Shown here: positions 19,376-30,531 of the stretch, piece after piece
Numbering within the stretch: position 1 is the stretch's first letter
Layout: each line of letters starts with the position of its first letter
Source of the DNA: Myxococcales bacterium
GTDB lineage: Bacteria > Myxococcota_A > Polyangia > Polyangiales > JADJMO01
Direction of reading: 5' to 3'
NCBI GenBank assembly: GCA_016794445.1
Contig: JAEUKC010000022.1
Coordinates: forward strand, 1,133 to 65,132
Length of the DNA: 64,000 nucleotides
Position numbers and translations under genes: made by a program
The notes under the pieces: model-generated
Database searches by the model: none
What the model was told of the DNA's origin: nothing
The model's input: the letters and a program-made list of their open reading frames with translations, nothing else

Positions 19376-22300
19376 ATGACGGCGTCGGGCGGGGCGAGCG
19401 AGCCGGCGCCGGCGGTCGGCACCGGCACCTCGGCGGTCGGCACGGGCAAGGCGCTGCCTGCCCGCTACGAGCCGATCCGTCGGCTCGGCGCCGGCGGTGG
19501 CGGCGAGGTGTGGGCCGTGCGCGATCGGCTCGACGGCCGCACGCTCGCCCTCAAGGCCCTGCCCCCCGGCGCCTCCGATCCGCAGGAGGTCGCGGCGCTC
19601 GTGCGCGAGGCCACGACCCTCCTCGACCTCTCCACCAGCACCGGCAACCTGCTGCCGGGCGTGGAGCGCTTCGGGCGCCTCGCCGACGGTCGACCGTTCC
19701 TCGTGCGCGAGCTCGTCGAGGGCGCGAGCCTGCAGTCGCTGCTCGACCGCGGCGGCGGGCTCCTCGTCGCGACGCGCGCGCTGCTCGGCGCCGCGAGCCA
19801 GCTCACTCTGCTGCACCGCGCAGGCCTGCTGCACGGCGACATCAAGCCCGCCAACGTGATCGTGCGGCCCGACGGCACCGCCACGCTGGTCGACCTCGGG
19901 CTCGCGACCACGTGGGGTCCGCGCGGCGCCCGCGTCGAGGGTCTCACGCCGCGCTTCGCCGCGCCCGAGCTGTTCGAGGGCGAGCCGCTCACCGTCCGGG
20001 GAGAGGTGTTCGCGCTCGGCGCGAGCCTGCGCGACGTCCTCGACGCCTGCACCGGCGGCGAGCGCTCCATGGTCGTCGCGCTGCGCGAGATCGAGCGACG
20101 AGCGACCGCGCGGGACCCGAGCGTCCGCCACCCGAGCGTCGACGAGCTCGGCGCGTCGATCGCGGCCGCATGCGGGTTCCCCGCCGAGCACAGCGGGCCG
20201 CGCGGGATCTGGACCGTGCGCGGCGTGGAGTCCGTGCTCGCCGACCTCGTGCACGCGCTCGACGGGATCGCCACCGGCGAGGAGCTCTCGGTGGTCGGGC
20301 CGGTCGGCGTCGGCGGCCGCACGGTGCTCGCTGCGCTCGCCTTCCGGCTCGGGCTCGGCGGGTGGCCGGTCGCGTGGCTCCGCGGGCCGTTCGACCGCAC
20401 CGCGCTCGCGCTCGAGCTCGCCACCGCCATCGGCGCGACCACCGCCAGCGCCACCTCTTTCGCGGTGCACGGTGGCGTGCTCGTCGTGCACGACCCCGAG
20501 GGCGCCGAGGAGGCGCTCGCCGAGCTGCGTCGCGCCGGCGCGCGCATCGTCGTACGCCGCACCGCTGCGCGCCCGGGCGAGGGCGTGCGGGTGTTCACCG
20601 TGCCGCCGCTCGAGGAGCGCGAGCTCGCCGAGATCGCCCGGCGCGCGCTGCCCTCGTTGCCCGAGGCGGTGCTCGGTCGCGTCGTCGGTCGGAGCGACGG
20701 CCTGCCCGGTCGGCTGCGCGCGATCGTGGCGGCCATCGGCGACCGCGCGATCGTCCGCGCCGAGTCGGTCGACGTCATCGTCGCGCACATCGATCGCACG
20801 GGGGGTGCCCCGCTGCCCGAGGCGCCCGTGACCGTGGAGCGGGTGCGCGAGCTGCTCGACGCGGCGCGGGTGACCGAGGCCGAGGCGCTGCTCGCGGGGC
20901 TGCCCGACGACGGCCGCACCGCGCTCTTGCGCGGCTGGATCGCGCTCGGCAAGGCCGACCTCGCCGGCGCGCGTGCGCTGCTCGACAGCGTCGATCCGGC
21001 GGGGGACCACGGGCTGCTCGCCGAGCGCGCCCTCCTCGCGGCCAAGGTCGAGAACCGCGCGGCCGCCTACGACCAGGTGGCCGCCCAGGCCGCGATCGTG
21101 CTCGCCCTCGAGGGCGACCCGGCGGTGTCCGGGGCGGTGGTGGCGGAGGCGTATCAGGCGCGCGGCGTGGCGCGGATGTACCAGCGCGACGACGCGGGCG
21201 CGGTCGAGGATCTCACCCACGCCTCTCGGATCGCGCGCGAGGCGGGGGCGCAGCGCATCGAGGCCATGGCGTTCGCGTCGCTCGCGATGGCGCACCAGCG
21301 CGCCGGGCGCGCCAGGGACGCGCGCGCCGCCTACGACGCGTCGATCACCGCCGCGGAGGCCGCGAACGACGCGGCCGCCGTCGCGCTCGCGCGCCTCAAC
21401 CTCGGCACGCTCGCGTGGTCCGAGGGCGACCTCGCGGAGGCGATCTCGGCGTTCGAGGCCGCGGCCGACCTCGGGCGTCGGGTCCAGCGCAACTCCACCG
21501 TCGAGCGCGCCCTCCTGAACCTCGCGGTCGTGGATCTGGGTCTCGGACGGTACGCCCGGGTGGGCGCCACCCTCAAGAACCTGACCGCGATGGAGGCGCA
21601 GATGACGCCCGTCGGTCAGGCGCAGCTCCTCGGCGTGCGCGCCGAGCTCGAGAGCCGCATCGGCGACGTGCAGCGGGCCTCGGGCCTGTTCGCCGAGACC
21701 GCGGCTGCCTGGCGCGCGATCGGTCGCCCGGGGGACGCCGCCGAGGTCGAGATCGACGGCGTGCTCCTGCGCTGCCAGCGCGACACGCCGTCCTCCACGG
21801 GCGCGAGCAGCGTGCGCATCGACGAGGAGCAGCGCATCCTCGACGCCGCCGAGGCCGAGCTCGGCGCGCGCGCGGGCGAGCTCGCCGCCCCGCTCACCCT
21901 GGCCCGCGGCCTCGTCGCGGCACACCGTGGCGACGAGCAGGGCGCGCTCGCCGCGTTCGACAAGGCGATCGCTGCGGCCAAGGACGCCAAGGACTGGCTC
22001 TGGCAGGTGTACGCCGCGCGGGCCCGGGTGCTCAGCAGCCAGGGCAGCCACGCGCGCGCGCGCCGAGACGCGGACCAGGCCGCCGCCGTGCTCGAGGAGA
22101 TCGCCGAGAAGCTCTCGCGGGATCTGCGCGAGGTGTTCTGGGACGAGCCGCGACGCCGGGCGCTGCGGCAGGTGCACGAGGTGACCCAGCTCAACACGCG
22201 GGCCACCATGGCACCCGCCAGCGGGACGCCGCTGACGCCGCCTTCGGGCATCATGGGGCCCACCATGGCGTCGGGGACCATCGGACCACCCACCGCGATC

Positions 22301-24001
22301 TCGGGGGGGTCGACCCAGTTCGTCCGCCTCGCCGAGGATCGCCTCGCGCGGATCCTCGCGGTCAATCGCGACCTCGCGTGCGAGGCCGATCTCGGGCGCT
22401 TGCTCGCGCGCGTCACCGATCAGGCGCTCGACCTCCTCGGTGCCGATCGCGGGTTCGTGCTGCTCGCTGGCGAAGAGGAGGGCGCGACGACCGAGGGCGA
22501 CAGCCAGCCTGGCGAGCTCTCGGCGAGGGTCGCGCGCGACCGGCGCAAGGACGACCCGTCCGTGCAGTTCTCGCGGTCGATCGCCGAGCGGGTCCTCGAG
22601 ACCGGCGAGGCCATCGTCACCAACAACGCCCGCACCGACGCGCGCCTCGGCGGTGCGGCGAGCATCCACGCGCTCTCGATCCACTCGGTGGCGTGCGTGC
22701 CGATCCCACGCGTGCGCGGCGGCGACCGGCGACCGATCGGCGTGCTCTACCTCGAGACCCGCGGCCCCCGCGCCGGTCGCGAGGGCATGGAGACCGAGCT
22801 CCCCACGCTGCTCGCGTTCGCCGATCAGGTCGGCATAGCGATCGCGAACGCGCGCCTGGTCGAGGAGAACCGCCGCCGCGCCGACGAGCTCGCCAAGGCC
22901 AACGAGGAGCTCGAGCAGGCCCGCGCGCGGCTCGACGACGCCCTCGCGCGGCGCACCGAGCAGCTCGAGCGCGCCAAGGCGGACCTGGGCGCCGCGCGGC
23001 AGGCCTTGCGCGGCCACACCGGCTACGCCGGCTACAAGGGCCTCGTCGGCACGAGCGCGCCGATGCGCAAGCTCTACGCGCTCATCGATCGCATCCGCCA
23101 GGCCGACGTGCCCGTGCTGCTCGCCGGCGAGAGCGGGACCGGCAAGGAGGTGGTGGCCCGCGCGATCCACAACGGGAGCACGCGCGCCAAGCGGCCGTTC
23201 CTCGGCGTGAACTGCGGCGCGATCCCAGCGAACCTCCTGGAGAGCGAGCTGTTCGGCCACGTGCGCGGCGCGTTCACCGGCGCCGACCGCGAGCGCAAGG
23301 GCCTGTTCCGCGAGACCGAGGGCGGCACCATCCTGCTCGACGAGATCGGGGAGATGCCGCTCAAGATGCAGGCGGGCCTGCTCCGCGTGCTGCAGGAGAA
23401 GACCGTGCGCCCGGTGGGCGGCAGCAAGGAGGAGCCCGTCGACGCGCGGGTGATCTGCGCGACCCACCGCGACCTCGACGAGATGGTCGCCCGCAGCGAG
23501 TTCCGCGAAGACCTGTTCTACCGCATCAACGTCGTGGTCCTGCGCCTGCCCTCGCTCCGCGAGCGCCCCGAGGACATCCCGCTGCTCGCCGACCACTTCC
23601 TCGGCGTGTTCGCCGCCCACTACCGGCGCGAGAAGAAGGCGCTGTCGCGCGAGGCGGTGCGCAAGCTGCAGGGGTATCCGTGGCCCGGCAACGTGCGCCA
23701 GCTCGAGAACCTCCTGCTCAACGCCTTCGTGCTCAGCGAGGGCGCCCTCATCGAGAGCTCGGATCTCGCGTTCCCCGAGCCGAGCCGCTCGGCGCCCCCT
23801 TCCCGTCCCGAGAGCCTCGCGCCGTCGTCCGGCGAGGACGATCGGCCCGCCTCGCTCGAGAGCTTCAAGCGCACCGAGAAGGACCGCATCCTCGAGGCCC
23901 TCGAGCGCGCGGGCTGGAACCGTCTCCAGGCCGCGAAGATCTGCGGCATCCCCCGGCGCACGTTCTATCGGCGATTGAAGGAGTACGGGATCCAGGAGTG
24001 A
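19376..24001 (+). CDS. Ser/Thr protein kinase - P-loop/TPR-like - GAF - sigma-54 AAA+ activator - Fis-type HTH fusion (1541 aa)
   Basis: Kinase motifs LGAGGGGEVW, LALKAL, HGDIKPANV, DLGLA. Mid-region GPVGVGGRT. C-terminal GESGTGKEVVARAIH, GAFTGA, LLDEIGE and a terminal HTH (AAKICGIPRRTFYRRLKEYG). Confidence 0.9.
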   Translation: MTASGGASEPAPAVGTGTSAVGTGKALPARYEPIRRLGAGGGGEVWAVRDRLDGRTLALKALPPGASDPQEVAALVREATTLLDLSTSTGNLLPGVERFGRLADGRPFLVRELVEGASLQSLLDRGGGLLVATRALLGAASQLTLLHRAGLLHGDIKPANVIVRPDGTATLVDLGLATTWGPRGARVEGLTPRFAAPELFEGEPLTVRGEVFALGASLRDVLDACTGGERSMVVALREIERRATARDPSVRHPSVDELGASIAAACGFPAEHSGPRGIWTVRGVESVLADLVHALDGIATGEELSVVGPVGVGGRTVLAALAFRLGLGGWPVAWLRGPFDRTALALELATAIGATTASATSFAVHGGVLVVHDPEGAEEALAELRRAGARIVVRRTAARPGEGVRVFTVPPLEERELAEIARRALPSLPEAVLGRVVGRSDGLPGRLRAIVAAIGDRAIVRAESVDVIVAHIDRTGGAPLPEAPVTVERVRELLDAARVTEAEALLAGLPDDGRTALLRGWIALGKADLAGARALLDSVDPAGDHGLLAERALLAAKVENRAAAYDQVAAQAAIVLALEGDPAVSGAVVAEAYQARGVARMYQRDDAGAVEDLTHASRIAREAGAQRIEAMAFASLAMAHQRAGRARDARAAYDASITAAEAANDAAAVALARLNLGTLAWSEGDLAEAISAFEAAADLGRRVQRNSTVERALLNLAVVDLGLGRYARVGATLKNLTAMEAQMTPVGQAQLLGVRAELESRIGDVQRASGLFAETAAAWRAIGRPGDAAEVEIDGVLLRCQRDTPSSTGASSVRIDEEQRILDAAEAELGARAGELAAPLTLARGLVAAHRGDEQGALAAFDKAIAAAKDAKDWLWQVYAARARVLSSQGSHARARRDADQAAAVLEEIAEKLSRDLREVFWDEPRRRALRQVHEVTQLNTRATMAPASGTPLTPPSGIMGPTMASGTIGPPTAISGGSTQFVRLAEDRLARILAVNRDLACEADLGRLLARVTDQALDLLGADRGFVLLAGEEEGATTEGDSQPGELSARVARDRRKDDPSVQFSRSIAERVLETGEAIVTNNARTDARLGGAASIHALSIHSVACVPIPRVRGGDRRPIGVLYLETRGPRAGREGMETELPTLLAFADQVGIAIANARLVEENRRRADELAKANEELEQARARLDDALARRTEQLERAKADLGAARQALRGHTGYAGYKGLVGTSAPMRKLYALIDRIRQADVPVLLAGESGTGKEVVARAIHNGSTRAKRPFLGVNCGAIPANLLESELFGHVRGAFTGADRERKGLFRETEGGTILLDEIGEMPLKMQAGLLRVLQEKTVRPVGGSKEEPVDARVICATHRDLDEMVARSEFREDLFYRINVVVLRLPSLRERPEDIPLLADHFLGVFAAHYRREKKALSREAVRKLQGYPWPGNVRQLENLLLNAFVLSEGALIESSDLAFPEPSRSAPPSRPESLAPSSGEDDRPASLESFKRTEKDRILEALERAGWNRLQAAKICGIPRRTFYRRLKEYGIQE

Positions 24002-24010
24002 GCGCGGCAG

Positions 24011-25543
24011 TCAGGGCGTCAGCCGGCTCACCATCGCGCGCAGGTCGCGCACCTTGAACGGCTTGCGGAGGACGCGGCCGGCGACCCGCGTGGCGACGTC
24101 GGGGGCGAGCTCGACCCCGGTGATGAACAGCGTGCGGCCGGCGAGCGCAGGCAAGCGGCGGGTGAGGGTCTCGTGGAACTCGAGGCCGCCCATGCCGGGG
24201 AGCACGAGGTCGCAGAGGACCACGTCGAAGGCGCCCTCTTCGAGCTCGGCGAGGCCGGCCAGCGCCGTCTCGACGTGCACCACCTCGTGGTCGCGGCCGA
24301 GCGCGCGCCGCACCGCGACACCGATCTGCGGCTGGTCGTCGACCACGAGCACACGGGTGCGGCGCAGGGGCGCCGGCGTGGACTCGCGCACCTCGGCGCT
24401 CACGGGTGGGATCCGGACCGAGAAGGTGGAGCCGTGCCCGACCACGCTGTCGACCAGGATCTCGCCGCCGAATCCGCGCACCAGCGACTGACCGATCGCG
24501 AGCCCGAGTCCCGTGCCCTCGCCGACCGGCTTGGTGGTGAAGAACGGGTCGAAGATGCGGGCGAGGATCTCGGGCGGGATGCCGCGCCCGGTGTCCTCGA
24601 CGTCGATCGCCACACGGCCCTTGGCGTCGACGCTGGTGCGCACCCGTACGGTGTGGCGCTCGCCACCCTCGGCCTGCGCCGCGTTGACGAGCAGGTTCAC
24701 GAGCACCTGGCCGAGCTGGCCGACGTCGAGCCGCACGGGCGGCACCTCTCCGAGGTCGAGGATCAGCTCCGCCCGGCGGTGGATCTCGTGCTCGGCGACG
24801 GCGATCGCCGAGGCGATCACCTGGCGCACGTCGACCACCTCGGGCACGGCGTCGCCCACGCCGGAGAGCACGCGCAGATCCCGCACGATGCCCCGCACGC
24901 GGTCGGCCCCCTGGTGCGCCTCGGCCAGCACGGAGAAGCACTCGGCGAGGCGGTCGGCGGTGTCGGGGTCTCCGCGGGCGCCGAGCTGCTCGATCAGCTC
25001 CTCGAGGTCGCGCTCGACCCAGTCGATGTTGGTCAACACGTAGGAGAGCGGGTTGTTGATCTCCTGGGCGATGCCGGCGGCGAGGCGCGCCTGCTTGTCG
25101 GTCGCCGAGGCCCGCAGCTGCCCCAACACGAGGGCGAGCGTGATCTGCCGAGCGAGGGCGACGAGCAACGCCCGCTCCTCTTCACCGAGCGCGCGGGCGA
25201 CGGCGACGGCGACCACGCCACGCAGCGCTTCACCATCGTCCAGGGCGGCGGCGACGATGCCCGTGGCGCCGGAGGTCGGCAGGAACACGACGCCACCAGC
25301 CTGCTCGACCAGGAGCTGCAGGCCGGGCCGATCGAGGCGGGCGGGAGTGCTGTTCCAGCCGACCAGTGCGAGCGAACGCAGGCCCCCCTCCTCGAACACG
25401 AAGACGCCCCCCGCGGTCACCGAGAGCGCGCCCACGAGCTCCTGACACAGCGCGGGGAGCGCGGCGTCGAGGTCGCGCTCCGCGAGGACCACGGCGCTCG
25501 CGCGCGCGAGGCTCGACTGCCCGGGGTGGTCCATCCCTCCCAT
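24011..25543 (-). CDS. GAF-sensor hybrid histidine-kinase-like protein with C-terminal receiver; H-box His replaced by Gln
   Basis: H-box reads [15 protein letters not shown] (Q160, codon 25064-25066). Intact N/G1/G2 boxes ([22 protein letters not shown]). Receiver VLVVDDQ...[10 protein letters not shown]...LRKPF. Confidence 0.85.
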   Translation of the reverse strand: MGGMDHPGQSSLARASAVVLAERDLDAALPALCQELVGALSVTAGGVFVFEEGGLRSLALVGWNSTPARLDRPGLQLLVEQAGGVVFLPTSGATGIVAAALDDGEALRGVVAVAVARALGEEERALLVALARQITLALVLGQLRASATDKQARLAAGIAQEINNPLSYVLTNIDWVERDLEELIEQLGARGDPDTADRLAECFSVLAEAHQGADRVRGIVRDLRVLSGVGDAVPEVVDVRQVIASAIAVAEHEIHRRAELILDLGEVPPVRLDVGQLGQVLVNLLVNAAQAEGGERHTVRVRTSVDAKGRVAIDVEDTGRGIPPEILARIFDPFFTTKPVGEGTGLGLAIGQSLVRGFGGEILVDSVVGHGSTFSVRIPPVSAEVRESTPAPLRRTRVLVVDDQPQIGVAVRRALGRDHEVVHVETALAGLAELEEGAFDVVLCDLVLPGMGGLEFHETLTRRLPALAGRTLFITGVELAPDVATRVAGRVLRKPFKVRDLRAMVSRLTP

Positions 25544-25587
25544 CGTCGCAAAAACACTGCCGCGGTGCTATCCGGGCGGCACACCCG

Positions 25588-27345
25588 ATGATCCAGCGCT
25601 TCACCAAAGGTCTGCTCCCGACCGTCAAAGAGACCCCGGCCGACGCGACCAACGCCTCGCACAAGCTGCTCCTGCGCGGGGGATTCGTCCGCCAGGTCGG
25701 CGCCGGTATCTACAATTTCCTCCCGCTCGGTCTGCGCGTCCTGCGCAAGATCGAGAACGTGGTGAGGCAGGAGATGGACCGCTCCGGCGCCCAGGAGGTG
25801 CTGATGCCGGCCCTCCTCCCGGCGGACTACTTCCGCGAGACGGGGCGCTGGGACCTGTACGGCGACGTGCTGCTCCGCATCAAGGATCGCAAGGGGGGCG
25901 ACTACCACCTCGGCCCGACGCACGAGGAGATCATCACCGACATGGTGCGGCGCGAGGTCAAGAGCTACCGCCAGCTGCCGCTCAACCTCTACCAGATCCA
26001 GACCAAGTTCCGCGACGAGCCTAGGCCCCGTGGCGGGATCATGCGCGGCCGCGAGTTCACCATGAAGGACGCCTACTCCTTCGACGTGGACGAGGCCGGC
26101 GCGGTCACGTCGTACGAGACCATGCGCGAGGCCTACAAGCGCATCTTCACCCGCCTCGGGCTCACCTTCCGCATCGTCCAGGCGGACAGCGGCGCCATCG
26201 GCGGCAAGACCAGCGCCGAGTTCCAGATCCTCGCCGACAGCGGTGAAGACGCGATCGTCGCGTGCACCCACTGCGACTACGCCGCGAACGTCGAGGCCGC
26301 CGAGGTCGCCGCGCCGGTGGCCGCCGCGCCGCCCGCCACGCTCGAGGCGATCACCAAGGTCCACACCCCGGGCAAGGGCGGCATCGCCGACGTCGCTGCC
26401 TTCTTGAAGCGGGGCGCCGACCAGTTCGTGAAGTCGCTGCTCTACGTCGTGGTCAAGGCCGGCCCCGGCGCCGAGAAGACCACCGAGGTCGTCATGGCCT
26501 GCGTGCGTGGCGACCACGAGGTCAACGAGATCAAGCTGCAGAACGCGCTCGGCGCGCTCGAGGTGCACCTCGCGAGCGAGGCCGACGTGTGGAAGGCCAC
26601 CAGCGCCAAGGTCGGCTACGCCGGTCCGGTAGGGTTCGCCGGCAAGGTCGTCGTCGACCGCCACGCCGCCGTGATCGTCGACGCCGTCACCGGCGCCAAC
26701 GAGACCGACCACCACGTCACCGGCGTGAACTTCTCGCGCGGCGACTACCAGGCCGTGATCGCCGATCTGCGCCAGGCCGCGGAGGGCGACGACTGCCCCA
26801 AGTGCGGAACCAAGGGCGGATTCAAGGCCTACAAGGGCATCGAGGGTGGCCACATCTTCATCCTCGGCACCCACTACTCGTCCAAGATGAAGTGCCACTT
26901 CGTCGACGAGAAGGGGGCGGAGAAGCCGATCGTGATGGGCTGCTACGGCATCGGCGTCTCGCGCCTGGTCGCCTCGGCGGTCGAGCAGCACCACGACGCC
27001 GACGGCATCCGCTGGCCGATGGCCATCGCGCCCTACCACGTCTACCTGTGCACGCTCGCCAACGACGAGGCCACCACCGCGGCCGGTCAGGCGCTCGCTT
27101 CGGCGCTCGAGGCGCAGGGCGTCGACGTGCTCTGGGACGACCGCGACGAGCGCCCCGGCGTGAAGTTCAAGGACGCCGACCTCATCGGCTGTCCGATCCG
27201 CGTCACCATCGGCAAGAAGACCCTCGACCAGCAGGCCTGCGAGCTCAAGCTGCGGAACCCTGCGCCGGGCACCGACCCGAAGGCGTTCGAGCTCGTCCCC
27301 CTCACCGACGCCGCTGCCAGGATCGCCGGCCTCGTGCGGGGCTGA
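25588..27345 (+). CDS. proS: proline--tRNA ligase (bacterial type with editing insertion)
   Basis: MIQRFTKGLLPTVKETPADA..., HLGPTHEE, RPRGGIMRGREFTMKDAYSF. Confidence 0.95.
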   Translation: MIQRFTKGLLPTVKETPADATNASHKLLLRGGFVRQVGAGIYNFLPLGLRVLRKIENVVRQEMDRSGAQEVLMPALLPADYFRETGRWDLYGDVLLRIKDRKGGDYHLGPTHEEIITDMVRREVKSYRQLPLNLYQIQTKFRDEPRPRGGIMRGREFTMKDAYSFDVDEAGAVTSYETMREAYKRIFTRLGLTFRIVQADSGAIGGKTSAEFQILADSGEDAIVACTHCDYAANVEAAEVAAPVAAAPPATLEAITKVHTPGKGGIADVAAFLKRGADQFVKSLLYVVVKAGPGAEKTTEVVMACVRGDHEVNEIKLQNALGALEVHLASEADVWKATSAKVGYAGPVGFAGKVVVDRHAAVIVDAVTGANETDHHVTGVNFSRGDYQAVIADLRQAAEGDDCPKCGTKGGFKAYKGIEGGHIFILGTHYSSKMKCHFVDEKGAEKPIVMGCYGIGVSRLVASAVEQHHDADGIRWPMAIAPYHVYLCTLANDEATTAAGQALASALEAQGVDVLWDDRDERPGVKFKDADLIGCPIRVTIGKKTLDQQACELKLRNPAPGTDPKAFELVPLTDAAARIAGLVRG

Positions 27346-27346
27346 C

Positions 27347-28417
<1,071 letters not shown>

Positions 28418-28457
28418 TCGGTGTTCCTGCCAGTTGCTGCCACCCCGTGGCCGCCAC

Positions 28458-29999
28458 TCAGTCGTGGAGCAGCAGCGCGTCCATGCGGGGGACTGGCGAG
28501 GGCGGCCCCACGAGCTCGATCCGCGCGAGCTTCTTGGACGGCACCGTGGCGAACCCCGCGGCCGTGCGGCGGGCGACGCCCACACGTGTGACGACGTACT
28601 CCACCGCGCCGCTCGGGTCGGCGAAGAAGGTGACCCCGAGCTTGGTCCCGAGCGCCACGAAGTCACCGACGAAGGAGTCGGCGGCGGCTTGCACGAGGTC
28701 GACCGGGGTCTCGCTCGGCCCGTACGCGAGCCCGAGCTTGCCTCCGGCCAGCGTGACCTTCGTCGCGCCGAGGGTCGCGAACGGGTCGTCGTAGGAACCG
28801 GCGTAGCGCGTCCAGGTCGACGGATCGGTGCGGTAGGTCTTGGCCTCGCCGGTCGGCGAGAGGAACGCGTCGATCGCCCTCAACGCGACCGGCTCGACCG
28901 AGGCCGCGTCGGCGTTGGCGAGCACGACGACGGCCATCTTCTTCGCGGGCACCCACATGACGGTGCTGAGGAAGCCGGGCAACCCACCGTCGTGCGAGAT
29001 CACGGAGAGGCCCTTCCAGTCGAACCCGAAGAGACCGAACCCGTAGTTGGTGTCGGGCCCCTGGCCGAGGTTCGCGTGGGGCGCGGTCATCGCGGCGACC
29101 GACGCCTTCGAGAGCACGGTGCCGCCGCCGTCGAGGAAGACCTCGGCGAGGTGCGCGTAGTCCTCCGCCGTGGCGTAGAGGCCGCCCGCGGCGCGGAGCG
29201 ACGCGCAGTCCCAGCGGTCGATGGGGACCGCGCGCAGCACGCCCGGCTTGGTGCCCTTCTGGTGGCCTTGCACGTGGTCACCCGCCGCGGCGAGCTTCGG
29301 CTCGAAGGTGGCCTCCCTCATCCCGAGCGGGCCGAGCACGCTGGTCGCGAGCACATCGGTGAACACCTTGCCGGTCGCGGCCTCGATCATGCCAGCGGCC
29401 ATCGCGTAGTGGTGGTTGGAGTAGTTCCAGAGCCGCCCGGGCGGGGACCACAGAGGGTACGGGCCGTCGGCTGCGTAGTACTTCTCGAGGGCGCCCGCGC
29501 CGACGTCGCAGGTGACGCCGAGGCCGTCGGGGAAGCCCGCGGTGTGCGACAGGAGCTGCGAGAGCTTCACCGTCTTCGCGTCGAACCCCGGCTGCAGCTT
29601 CATCCAGGGCAGTCGGCTCTCGAGGGTGTCGTCGAGCGACAGCTTGCCCTGCTCGACGAGCTGCATCGCGCCGGTCGCGACGATCATCTTGGTCATCGAC
29701 GCCACGCGGAAGCGCGTGTGCGTGCCGACGCGGTCTGTGCCGCCGTCGGCCTTGACGCCGACGCCCGTGGAGAACGCCAGCTTGCCGTCGAGCACCAACG
29801 CGATCGAGAGCCCGGGGATGCCCTTGTCGATGGCGTAGGTCTCTGCGTACGCGACGAGGTCGTCGAACGTGCGTTGCGCCGCGCTCGGCGCGTCGACCGC
29901 GATGTCGGTGCCGGCATCCGTGCCGGTGTCGCTCGGCTCCGCGGGCGACGAGGAGCCGCACGCGACGAGCAGCGGAATCAGGATGGACAGCCACCGCAT
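28458..29999 (-). CDS. beta-lactamase-family serine hydrolase lipoprotein
   Basis: Internal ATG of the track ORF. MRWLSILIPLLVACGSSS lipobox. SxxK motif ASMTK. Confidence 0.85.
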   Translation of the reverse strand: MRWLSILIPLLVACGSSSPAEPSDTGTDAGTDIAVDAPSAAQRTFDDLVAYAETYAIDKGIPGLSIALVLDGKLAFSTGVGVKADGGTDRVGTHTRFRVASMTKMIVATGAMQLVEQGKLSLDDTLESRLPWMKLQPGFDAKTVKLSQLLSHTAGFPDGLGVTCDVGAGALEKYYAADGPYPLWSPPGRLWNYSNHHYAMAAGMIEAATGKVFTDVLATSVLGPLGMREATFEPKLAAAGDHVQGHQKGTKPGVLRAVPIDRWDCASLRAAGGLYATAEDYAHLAEVFLDGGGTVLSKASVAAMTAPHANLGQGPDTNYGFGLFGFDWKGLSVISHDGGLPGFLSTVMWVPAKKMAVVVLANADAASVEPVALRAIDAFLSPTGEAKTYRTDPSTWTRYAGSYDDPFATLGATKVTLAGGKLGLAYGPSETPVDLVQAAADSFVGDFVALGTKLGVTFFADPSGAVEYVVTRVGVARRTAAGFATVPSKKLARIELVGPPSPVPRMDALLLHD

Positions 30000-30105
30000 G
30001 GCCCACGGAGAGAGCAACAGCGATGCCGACGGGCCTTTCGCTGGCGATCGCCGCAATGGCCTCACGTGCGGGGTCGGTCGTGCGCGTCCTGACGCCCGCA
30101 TCGCG

Positions 30106-30531
30106 TCAGGGATCCGACACGGACGGCAGGCGGCGCCGCACCGCCGCGACGAAGGCCTCGAGGTCGCCCAACCGATGCTCGACGACGTCGCGGACGATGG
30201 CCAGATCCACGTCGGCGTAGCCGTGCACCAGCACGTTGCGAAAGCCGGCCATGGCCACCAGCGGTCGCTGCAGCGTGGCAGGGAACCACCCCGCATTCCC
30301 GAGGAGCTCGAACAGCTCCTTGTTCGTCCGGGGCTCGCCGAGGTGATCGTCCGAGACGACGTGCGAGGCGACGTCGAGCGCCGCCTGGATCGCGATCTGC
30401 AGCGTGTGCTCGATGAAGCGGCGCTCGCGGACGTCCTCTTCGATGCGGTCGGCGTGGGCCAGCGCGCGGAGCTCGGCGAGGCTCCGCTCGATCACGGCGA
30501 GCTTCTTGGCGACGAGCTCGGCCTCGGTCAC
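30106..30531 (-). CDS. hepT: HepT (DUF86) RNase toxin, type VII toxin-antitoxin
   Basis: Rx4HxY motif RNVLVHGY. GTG start in a GTGA overlap with the mntA stop. Confidence 0.85.
   Translation of the reverse strand: MTEAELVAKKLAVIERSLAELRALAHADRIEEDVRERRFIEHTLQIAIQAALDVASHVVSDDHLGEPRTNKELFELLGNAGWFPATLQRPLVAMAGFRNVLVHGYADVDLAIVRDVVEHRLGDLEAFVAAVRRRLPSVSDP

Noticed and set aside
19355-23620. 1421-aa minus-strand ORF
   Set aside because: It is antisense to the kinase-EBP gene. The translation is Arg/Ala/Gly/Glu-rich with no motifs. It is a typical open antisense frame of a high-GC gene, whereas the plus-strand frame carries clear kinase, GAF and AAA+ motifs.
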